Positions 48,801 through 58,916 of a stretch of DNA of 64,000 nt are shown one piece after another. The stretch comes from Styela clava (taxonomy: Eukaryota): the NCBI RefSeq assembly GCF_964204865.1, contig NC_135250.1, positions 27,218,001 through 27,282,000 of the forward strand, read 5' to 3'. Each line of letters opens with the position of its first letter. Within the stretch, counting starts at the first letter, position 1. Both the position numbers and the translations under genes were made by a program. Below the pieces are notes generated by a model. It made no database searches and was not told the DNA's origin. It saw only the letters and a program-made list of their open reading frames with translations.

Positions 48801-50909
48801 AGACAGTCCCCGAACTCATAATAGAACTTAACAAAGGAAAATGGGAATAAAATTATGCCTTTACCCTAACCTGGTACACACACACACTACGGAAGTACTC
48901 ATCAATGTTCTGTATTTTCTCCCCTGTTGAGAAACGCTGGTATCCATCCCATCCTATCCAGTAATAATTATAAAATATATATTCATTGTCTTTCAAGGTA
49001 CGTCAATGTCGGTGACGCGAAATACTTTGACGATACTTGTATGTCGACTTTGCATCCGACTGCTGATAGTTTAGAATTCCTAGACGTGAGTGGGACAGCA
49101 GTGACAGAAAAAGGACTTTCATATTTAAGGATGTTTCCCAAGCTCAAATACCTGAATTTGAGTCGATTGCATGTAGGTTGTAGTCTTTTATATTTTAAAG
49201 GATAACATGGTTTAGGTGTTGGTGTTCAATATATATTAACCAGGTTTGTAGTTTTTTATTCAGTAATTGTGTTAGTATTTTTACATCATCTATTACATCT
49301 GTGAGGGCCTAAGCAATATATGGTATCGATAAATTGCCTTTGCAATATTGGAGAATTTGAGGACTTCATGGACACCCTATATCAGGGTGGTCCAAACCCA
49401 GGACTGCGGGCCACATGTGGCTCGCCGCTTCATTATCTGTGGCCCGCGTCACACTCGGAGAATAATCAAAAAATCGCATTTCGTGTTGTTTCTTCATAAA
49501 ATTGATCAGAAAAATCTTTTGACATATAGGCCTATTACATCACTGATGTCACTGAATCAAATAGTGTTATGGCTAGCTGGGGAAACTAGCGAAGTTGAAT
49601 GATGTGCTTGGCAGTCTAAATTGTTACCTGACTTTCTAACTTTTTGGTCGGGAATATATGCTAACAATATAGGCATCATAGAAAACTAAAAATCGAATGC
49701 GAATTCTATTAGCCTAGAATGGCTATGCCTGATAACTATGTGTTTGCACAATAAAAGTGTTTGTTTTGTATTGCACTGTTTACCTATTCTTGGCACTACT
49801 GTGGCCTGCGAACAATGCAAAATTAATTTTGTGGCCCACGGAGCCGACAACCTTGGACCACCCTGTCCTATATGTTGTAGCTCTTCACTACAATATCATT
49901 GGAAACTTGTAAAAACCTTTTTTTCAGATTTAAAGGTGTTTAAAAAGCCATAAATTTGTATTATTTTTATAGAAAGCTAAAGATCTGGATCAACTCCTAC
50001 CTTTTCTGTTTGAAATATTGCCGGAGAATTGTGCGATAATAGCAGATGACGAAACGTCATCTGATATGTACGGTTCACCGATACCTTACAGATCGCCGTA
50101 CAATCCCAAGAAAGATCAACGAGTCATTGAAGGAAATAAGAACATAGGTAAGAGATTGTCAGTTTTTGTAGGATTCAGGTCTATATCACGCGGGAATCTT
50201 CACAAAAACTTCCAAGTTCTATATCCATATCAAGCCACCTGACTTCAAGTTTGGGGTTATTTATGAAAAAACCTTTTGTGTTTAAAGTTTTGTCATGAAT
50301 CCTACTTTACATTATTATTACTCAAGCCAATTAAGTTTTGCAGCCCTCATGAGCAAATCAGCTGGGTGTGCTTAAAATTCTGTATCTTCATATTTGGCCT
50401 AGGCTGGCTGTTTTGACAATTTGCTTGAAATAGTTTTATTGGATGATTTTATACATATTGGGATAAGTAGCAAAATCGTTGTATGCGGAGTCAAAGAATA
50501 CTAGTTGGAACACATATGTACAATACACAAATGAAAATTGTGTTCTTTTTTGTGTATTCATTTTTGTTGGCTCTATGTAACTTCATGTTTTTAAGCTTCA
50601 GTCCAAGAGAGAACTCCATATTTGTACCCTATTTTTGTCTTGGACAATTGTAAATCAATGTGGTTGCATATCAAAAATGCTAAATTTTGTTAATTTTTAT
50701 TTTTTTCAGGTGACCTTGTTTCTTATGACAAGGACATGGGAGCAGTAGATTTTTATCGACCAGAAACAATCCACGAATTGTGGATGACACCTAAGATGAG
50801 TCAGGAAAGAAAACTCCGAGTATCCATGCAACCAAAATGCGAAAATAATTTGTATCATAGAATGACTCGATATATTTTAAAAGCGCATGATTATAAGCCT
50901 TTGTTATGA
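45835..50909 (+). CDS. DMAC2: Distal membrane-arm assembly component 2 (ATP5SL / factor B family), 405 aa, 6 exons
   Basis: Exons 45835-46256, 47077-47220, 47795-47896, 48998-49172, 49973-50147, 50710-50909; 1218 nt, phases consistent. Motifs HGPEW...GGAVK...RW, DDTCMSTLHPTADSLEFLDVSG, VTEKGLSYL, FEILPENC match DMAC2 as I recall it. The Arg-containing N-terminus resembles a mitochondrial presequence. Confidence 0.85.
46908..47023. mobile_element. Merlin-like MITE, short palindromic subtype C
   Basis: GG...CC ends, ~40-bp TIR, exact TSD AAATTTTC. Confidence 0.85.
47245..47408 (+). mobile_element. Merlin-like MITE subtype B lacking its left end
   Basis: taactaattttttt-cgccta...ccctaaccctaaccttgttcacacactac. 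Confidence 0.75.
48683..48900 (+). mobile_element. Merlin-like MITE subtype B
   Basis: Collinear with 2908-3119; TSD degraded. Confidence 0.8.
49383..49865. mobile_element. hAT MITE
   Basis: TIR CAGGGTGGTCCAA/TTGGACCACCCTG; 8-bp TSD CCCTATAT/TCCTATAT; GTGGCCC subterminal repeats. Confidence 0.88.
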
Positions 50910-51029
50910 ATTATTTTTTGCTAATTTTTTTTATTAAAAATTTTAAACTCTGATGTTGTGTGTTGGTGTTCTTGTAGCTTAACCTAACTTTTTTGAAGGG
51001 CATTCTTTGACTGAAGAAGGCCCCATACT

Positions 51030-51292
51030 GGCTCGACAGTTGGCACTTTTCGCTATCCTTGGGAATACGCTTGACTTTACACATAATCATCCTGCGGGAA
51101 ATGAATATGTCACCATCGTAGGATGATTTACGTAAGATGTGGTCGTTTGCAACTTCCTACACCACGAGTCCATACAACTTAAACAAATAACTGGCTAACT
51201 AATCCTGTACCAGAAGTGGTCTGGTAGTTTGTTTGCCGTGGTTTGACATATAGTTGAGCTGCCTTATCTACTTTCTCTTGGGATAAATACGA
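51030..51292 (+). mobile_element. Degraded SINE copy in the DMAC2/DHRS12 3' region
   Basis: gggaatacgctt...cttcctacaccacgagtccat...aactggctaactaatcc...gggataaata. Confidence 0.65.
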
Positions 51293-52300
51293 AAAATACT
51301 CTGAGCAGCCTGATGCCTCAGCTGCTACTATTTTTGGAACGGCCGGAATCTATCAAGTATGGCATTGCATGCCCAATTTTTCCAAACTCAGAGTAAGATG
51401 GTGATCAATGTATTAAACCTGCAGCATAGGTTTTCTCTAACTACTTAAGCTCTTCGGTTTTCTATATTGGATCAGTATTCCATCTCTTTTTCCTTTACCG
51501 ATTTATTGTATGCTGAAGGGCTAATAATAATAGCATCTGGCACCAGTGTCCTTCCAATTGGGCATACTACTACTCTTCCACTTGGGGGATTGAGAACGAG
51601 GAATTCTTATATTCTTTTGGGGAAAGATGATGAGCTAATTTGAGATGATAAATCATAAGCTATCTGAAAACAGCAACCCCAAGGAATCGTTCCAGATTGT
51701 AGACCGCTTTCACTTTGGAACCTGACACTACAAGAAAACAGCTGCCTTCCTTTGCTTGCTATTTATAGGGACCAAAACATTGAAGAAATCAACTGGTTAA
51801 TCTGCAAAATACTGCATTGGATCACAGTCTAAGAAAACACTCTCATCTGCTGTGCTACCTATATTCTGGATGTTGATAGAGTAGATAGAACGCTTTATCA
51901 TGGTTTCGTTTAAAATTAATAATGTAAAAAAGCGATTCAATTGAACTCTGAGCAGTGGTAAATATACTTGTAAAAGTTTGCTAATAATATTTCAATATAA
52001 AATGGGCTATATAGACAACACAACAAAGAGTAGTATAATTACTGGTTTATATGACAAAAAGGAAGATAAGAAATAAAAATTCCTATAGGATTCTTTCTTG
52101 ACAGCTCTGCAGGATCACATATAATATGATAAATTTCCCTCTGGAGCCCTTCAACATTTCTCAATGCATTATGAAAAGTAGGTTAAAAAACAACGATTAG
52201 ACTAATAGTAATGAAGCAGAACATAAATACATTTGAAGTCAATTACAAAATTACTAAACAAAAGAAGAAACAAAAATATTTTGAATGCAACTTGTGGAGA

Positions 52301-54098
52301 TTACAGATCAGATGGTTTGGTTTGAGTTAAAATTTCATCAATTTTTTCCATAAATTTTGCTCGCTCTGATGCACTTTCACGTGTCCAAGCAAGAGGTAGA
52401 TGCAGAGCTTGAGGTTTACGGTCCTGAAAAATAAGACAAGAAACAAATGCTAAAATATGAAGGGCACAAATGTCATATAAAGTAACAGCCTTCTTGCATA
52501 TTCAAGTATTGAATAGCTAAGGGGCATAGCGATTTTTCACAACAAAAAGAATTCAGCAACGATCCATATGTATGTACACTTTGTGTCCAACAAGCAATTA
52601 TATAATGGTTCAAGCACGTGCATTAAATATATCTGTTTTGTGGCCTATGGAACAAATTATATTTGTTACTCAGTAAAATTTCAAGCAGAAAATAAGAACT
52701 GATCACAGCATTTACAGTTTCACATCTGCATTAAAATGATCTCTGTTATAATTTAATAAACTCACAAAATAGAGTAGACTTTTTTCTAATGCTTTAATCA
52801 CTAGGCCCAAATTCAAAACAAACAAAAAATTACCTATCCAACTATTTCAATATGAACATCATGGTATTGGCATCCCACAGATGTTTTTAAATCATCAATT
52901 AGAAATATTCATGTAAAAGGTAAACAATAATCACAATATTTTTCTCTTACCAGAAAAAATTGGCCACTCTTTTGTTCCAATGCCATATCTGATAAAGCCA
53001 GCCAAACAATGGTATCAGCACCTTGTTCAGGCGATCGCAATCTGCTGCCCATCTGTCGATGAAAATCTGGCATTGAACTTCTAACTGCAGGTGTATCTGC
53101 CCATCCTGGGTGCATTGTTGAGAAGTGAACGTCAGGGTGCAGTTTAGCCAGCTCTTCTGTGAGTATAACCTGCAATGTGATGCGGTATCATATAAATAGG
53201 CTAAAAGAGTGCCAGAGATAGTTTTCATTAACGTAATGAGAGTCATTTTTTACCTGCTAAACTGACTGCATGTCAGAATTAAAGAACAACATTTTATAGT
53301 TATACCTACATATAGCTCTTGCAATGCACTTCATCTCTCCAAGTAGGCTATTATTCGAAAATTGGTGTATAAAGTATAAATGCTTTTCAATATATGAAAT
53401 AAAGAAATACCTAGTATCTTGCAAAAAGAATGAATTAATTTTGGAAAAAGCTGTGCGAATGCTTTCTTTCTTACCTGTTGCCTCTTGTTATGAGCATATG
53501 CCAGTTCACCCGAAAAGTTGTGCTCTGATTGTAGATCCTTGACGTTCAATTTTTGTATGTACATCCCACCTGATGATACTGTAATAACTCTTGGTTTGGA
53601 AGCTTTTTTTAAAAGAGGCAAAAGTGAAATAGTCAACACATAGGTACCCATTGTATTCGTGGCAAAATTCATTTCTAAATTATCAGAAGTCATTGTTCTA
53701 TCATTGACCATACATCCAGCATTGTTTATGAGGGTATCAAGCTTTTCCTGTTTTGTTGAAAACTCATGAGCAAACTTGTGAACTTCGGAAAGCTTAGACA
53801 TATCAAGAATATGTACATGTATATCCTGATTTCCACTTGCAGTTACGATTTCATCTTTCGCTTTATCTGCTCTTTCAGCATTCCGACAGACCATGTGAAC
53901 AGTACCGCCTTTCTTTGCAATTTCTATTGCAGCACTTTTGCCAATTCCGCTATTTGAACCAGTTATCATATACGACCGTCCTTTCACATCTACTCCCAAA
54001 TCTTTTGCATTGAATGACTTCTCCGCAGCAATGTATCCACTTTTTGTGAATTCTCGGAGCCCTTTTACCAAGAAAACACCTTTTTGATAAAGTGACAT
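52301..54098 (-). CDS. DHRS12: Dehydrogenase/reductase SDR family member 12 (321 aa, 3 exons)
   Basis: Exons 54098-53475, 53169-52951, 52423-52301, all phase 0. TGSNSGIG, NNAG, YAHNK catalytic motif, MHPGWADTPAVR, DRKPQALHLPLA. Confidence 0.93.
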
Positions 54099-54274
54099 GT
54101 TGATGATTTTAACAAAAACTGAGATAACTTTCAATAACTGAATAATAAAATTGACAAGTTAAATTTCTATTACAAAAAAATAGATACAACAAATCTTCAA
54201 AAAATACTCAATTTATTCTAGGTTACTATTCAAAATTAATTCCAGAAGGAAAAATATACTAAAGTATATTTATT

Positions 54275-54510
54275 GGGAAGTCTTTTATACGACTTAATCA
54301 TATGGTGAACCATGGCCTCTCGTTCGGTTACCATTTCATGTCGGGCATGAGATTAGTTATCCTGTTTTTTTTTGGATGAGTGGACTTGATGGTGGAGGGA
54401 GCCGTAACTGACCTGCGGTTTCGTAAACCACCCTACAGTTGTGAAGAGTTCAGCATATAATTATCCCCAACAGGATTCGATTCTACGAACCCATGCAGAG
54501 TAAGGAAAGG
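54275..54510 (-). mobile_element. SINE copy (partial)
   Basis: gaaccatggcctctcgttcggttaccatt...ggtggagggagccgtaac...ggattcga, collinear with 41057-41403. Confidence 0.75.
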
Positions 54511-55381
54511 TATTTGTAGTAATTGATTTTTTTCTTCAGTCATTGTCCATTTCGTTTAGTAATTTAGTCTAAGTCCAGTCTGTAACTTGAATATAAAAAC
54601 ATCTCATGTCTGCATCCTATGATCCTGCATGCAATATTGCGTAACTACAAGATCTTCTTCAGACTGAGTACGATAGCGTTCTGTTTTAAATACCTTACTA
54701 CGGTAATGATTTAATTCGAGAACTGTCTGACTGCGTTTAGGTTTTGTCTGTTGTGAGCCGCGACCAACATCTGACATTCTTGCACTCTCAGACTCTACAC
54801 ACAGACACAGCTGCTATATCTGCAGATATGCTAACAACTACCGGTACCCGGTAACTTATGTTGTTTTGTAGTGTTCATCGTGACATATATAAATAATATA
54901 TGCGCTCTATTGAACAGTAATAATGACGCCTACGCCCTTGCAGCATTACTTTTCAATCTACGCAGCTCGCCTGTCATCGTTATGCAACAGCAAAAAAATA
55001 TTGTTATGTAACAGCTTTACTCGAGCGTAACATCAGCTGGTGGTTATGAAATATTTATTTTTACCAGTTGAAAGAGAGTTGAAAGGTTCATCTTCGTGTT
55101 TTCGCGACCGGAAATCCGTTCCGCGGAGTACACATAAGTAGTGTAATACATAAATACATAATCCTGTTAGAAGCGACATATAATTGACAAAAATAAAATA
55201 TAGCAGTACAAGATCTACCCAAATAAACGGGGGAGTAACATTTTAGAATTTTATAATATTTCACCACCACTAATTCTATCATCTGTTTTCTTCGAGATAT
55301 TCCAGTTATATTAGAATTGAACAACATCCATACTCTGCAAATATTAAATATATAAACATAAATGTAGTCAATTAATTTATA

Positions 55382-55782
55382 CCGTGTTTCCCCGTGTTTC
55401 AATTTTCTTTCGAAAAATAGCACTAGAGTTCATTTTGGGGAATGTCTTTTATTTTCATTTATCAAAAACAAAACTACAAAGTAGAGACTTAAGAGATTTT
55501 CAAATATACAAAATATGAAAACCGATATCCATTTACTTATAATTAACACATTTAAAAAAAAAATGCTAAACGTAGGCTAGATTATTTAAAAATGGAATAT
55601 CGTGCAAGTCACTAGATTCATAAATTTCATGCTCTATGGAGTATTTTGCTATCGACTAAGTCAAAAAACATTTTGCGCTATCGACTGGGTCCTATTTCAA
55701 GGGGAGGGCTTATAATAAAATCATTTTTAAAATCCAGACTAGGTCTTATTTTCAGACTGGTCTTATTTTCGAGAAAACACGG
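55382..55782. mobile_element. pogo/Tigger-type (Tc1/mariner) MITE
   Basis: TA|CCGTGTTTCCCCG...CGAGAAAACACGG|TA, with repeated GGTCTTATTTTC subterminal motifs. Confidence 0.8.
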
Positions 55783-55978
55783 TAGTAGTTTTTCATATAG
55801 AGGACTTGGACGGGTCACGTGACTTTATTACTGGACAGCAATAAAACAAAAACGTCCATTTGGCTCCTGTCAGTTGCAAGTCGGATTATACGTTTCTGTT
55901 TTGTTTGGCTGTTAAAAATGGTTATTTCGTATTGTTCCGTTGGCTGTAGTATAAACAACGAAATGGATCTTCAGTTAT

Positions 55979-57173
55979 CAATCAATCAATCAATCGTTTA
56001 TTTTGTCATCACAAAAAAACACGTTCAAACATAAAGTGACACAATGAATAAATTACAGTACTAATCATGTTTTTGCGTGACCGGAGTCGCGAGGGACCTA
56101 AGAAGGTCTTCAAGCAGCGACACCTACAGCGCTACAGGTTAGAATAAACATAATTAAATGAGGGATAAAATGAATAAATCCTAGGAATAAGTCACAACTG
56201 ATACAATTACAGCGACATTCGAAATGTATTCGATTATGACACAGTAAATCAGAAAATGTAACTTTCACGGAATAATTACTAACAACTAATAAAAACGCGA
56301 GGAAAGCAAGATAAAAGCACAGAAAAAATATAGGAAGGGCAAGTTTGGCGGAATATGCAACTAAAAGCAATATAAGGCAAACAGTAAATCGAAAATATTT
56401 ACAGCAAATGCAATTTAGGAGACACTTACGAAAAATTGTCTAATGAGGAATACAAACAAACTATTACATCTATATAATGTACATAATAAAGAGGAAAAGA
56501 TAAAACGGCCTGGTCATTGAAAATAATAGCGAACGTAGGTTAAGGGCAATAAGCTATCGCTCTCCACTCTGAACGATTTTTGAATTAACTATTAATGTAG
56601 CAGATACTCTCGGATTCCGACTCCTTGCACCTATTTTCGTTCGGGTTGATTGACGTTAGCCAGTGTAGGCCAGATCGTTACGGTAATAAAAAGTAAGTGA
56701 TCTTAGTAGAAATTTCAATGGTTACCGTACCTGTACTGGTATAAGAGGAGAGATAATTACCGATATATTTATTTTTTAGGTCTCTTTTAAAAGTGCAATA
56801 TGCTAGGGATCTAATGGTATTAGGTGAAGCGTTCCACAGTTTCACACCTATATATTTAATGGATTTCTGTGTTCTGCTCGAGGAGTACCTTGGGACATGG
56901 AATGAACCTGATGAAGCCGATCTGGTAGAGTAGGAATGGATATTACTCTGCTTCGTAAAAAAATCGGTGAATGCCATTCCACATCTGTGGTATTCCACAT
57001 CTGTGGTATAAAGGATCTAGTCTAGACCGAAATGGTGCGTTACATATGGATCGAACTGCTTTGTTTTGTAAAACCTCCAATCTTCGAAGGAGAGTAGTCG
57101 ATGCGTTACCCATGATATGATACCATACTGTAGATATGACTGGAAAAGAGAAAAATAGACCATTCGAAGGACT
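55979..57173 (-). mobile_element. 5'-truncated LINE (CR1/L2/Crack-Daphne group): RT C-terminus and 3' UTR, nested in the fold-back element
   Basis: GNASTTLLRRLEVLQNKAVRSIC...PLY and HSYSTR...SIKYIGVKLWN...FKRDLK (frameshifted); (GATT)n tail at 55979-55995; absent from the right arm. Confidence 0.82.
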
Positions 57174-57582
57174 GTTATTTTCCATTGTTTTCAAAAGATC
57201 CGGAACGTCGCGCAATGTGGATATCATCTATTGGCAGGACTGCTTGGTGTCAAGTCCAGAAGCCATCTCACTTGTGTTTCACTGTTTGCGGACAGCACTT
57301 CGTTGATGGTGAGTCATCATGTGCCGTTATCAAATTTTTAAATATTCATAAGCTCCCTCATTTTAATGGAAAGCAGATGACAAACTACTGTTATTGGTAG
57401 GCCTAGGCGTAGGCCTACTTGCAGACTTGACTCGTGTAAGGTATTAATCAATAATTGCCATAAGGTATTGTTTTCCTAGTTAGCAGGTAATCTATCAGTA
57501 AATGTGAAAAGTCGAATAGATAACTAAAGTTTAACGCCAGGGCTAATGCAAAAAATGACCAAAATTCAATTGAATTCTCCAT

Positions 57583-57791
57583 CTAAGAATACGCTCACCA
57601 CCGCATCTCTGATCCCCCTGGGAGTTTCACAGGTTCCAATCCCATGCGGGAATAGTTATGTGCGAGGGATTGCAGCTCTCCTCCCACTGAGGATGGTTCA
57701 CACGACCGAAGTAGAGCTGCAATCCTCTCTGGGATTGAAACCTGTGAAACTCCCAGGGTGATCAGAGATGCCGTGGCGAGCGTATTCCTAG
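57583..57791. mobile_element. SINE fragment duplicated in inverted orientation at the centre of the fold-back element
   Basis: aagaatacgctcaccaccgcatctctg...aggttccaatcccatgc...gagggattgc, followed by its reverse complement. Confidence 0.75.
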
Positions 57792-58916
57792 ATGGCGAAT
57801 TCAATTGAATTCTGGTTGTTTTTTGCATGACCACTGGTGTTAAACTTTAGTTATCTATTCAACCTTTCACACTTAGTAATAGATTACCTGCTAATTAGGG
57901 AAACAATACCTTATAGCAATTGATTATTAATTCCTTACTGTCTTACACAAGTCAAGTCTGCAACTGCAAGTAGGCTTACTAATAACAGTAGTTTGTCATC
58001 TGCTTTCCATTGAAATGAGGGAGCTTATGAATATTTAAAGAAATTGATAACGGCACACTATCACCACATTATCACTCACCATCAACGAAGTGCTGTCCGC
58101 AAACAGTGAAACACATGTAAGATGGCTTCTGGACTTGACACCAAGCAGTTCTGCCAATGCAATAGATAATATCCACATTGCGCGACGTTCCGGATCTTTT
58201 TGTAATCAGTGGAATATAACATAACTGAAGATCCATTTCGTTGTCTATACTATACGTAAGGCCAACGGAACAATACGAAATTACAATTTTCAACAGCCAA
58301 ACAAAACGGAAACATATAATCCGACTTGCAACTGACAGGAGCCAAATGGACGTTTTTGTTTTATTGCCGTCCAGTAACAAAGTCACGTGACCCGTGCAAG
58401 TCCTCTATTGGTCGCCTAAGACTATCTGGAGTGACATTGGTTCGAGTTCGCACGAGAAATCCGTGCTATGTTAGGAGTGGTTAATTACCGGGACTTCCTT
58501 GCAACAAGTAACGAAAAAAACATTCCTTGAAGTTTAATTTGATACCCGAACAAATTGTCTTGAAATTTTTATTTTATTTATTTTTTATGAAAATTCAAGG
58601 AGGGCAACGTGTACGCAATGAGGTGATCTATAGACAAAATTACGAGCGGGCTTTTGGTACACCAAGAGCTACTCACAAACAGTAGGTTATAAAATCTATA
58701 ACGGCGAATTATGCATTACTGAAAATCTCCATCGATAAAAGACTTGTTTTTAATCAATCCATTTCGTCGGAATCGCTGTAGAATTCTTCGGGAGCTGATT
58801 TTCGATGAAATAATGTTAATAACAATTCAATGGTACAGTATTCGCCCTTTATATCATCACAAGAAACTTTATCTATCAGTCCCCTTACATTTAGTCAGCG
58901 GGCGTTTAGGTAAAAT

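Larger units (their letters stand above)
55799..58406. mobile_element. Fold-back non-autonomous DNA transposon (ISL2EU/PIF-Harbinger-group-like) with a THAP exon in each arm
   Basis: AT|AGAGGACTTGGACGGGTCACGTGAC...GTCACGTGACCCGTGCAAGTCCTCT|AT. Arms are inverted over ~700 bp around a loop at 57680-57712. Frameshifted THAP remnant: MVISYCSVGC...KDPERRAMWISSIGR...VCGQHFVDG|GTGAGT. Confidence 0.8.

Noticed and set aside
51011-51045. CTGAAGA-GGCC...GGCT-CGACA as a hammerhead ribozyme
   Set aside because: The GAAA core is missing, stems I and III are absent, and it overlaps a degraded SINE head.
55974-57178. GTTAT as the target-site duplication of the LINE
   Set aside because: The uninterrupted right arm already reads GTTATGTTAT, so the duplication need not come from the LINE insertion.
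55918-57310. Functional THAP-domain host gene
   Set aside because: Frameshifted, split by a LINE, only the first exon is present, and it is enclosed by TIRs.
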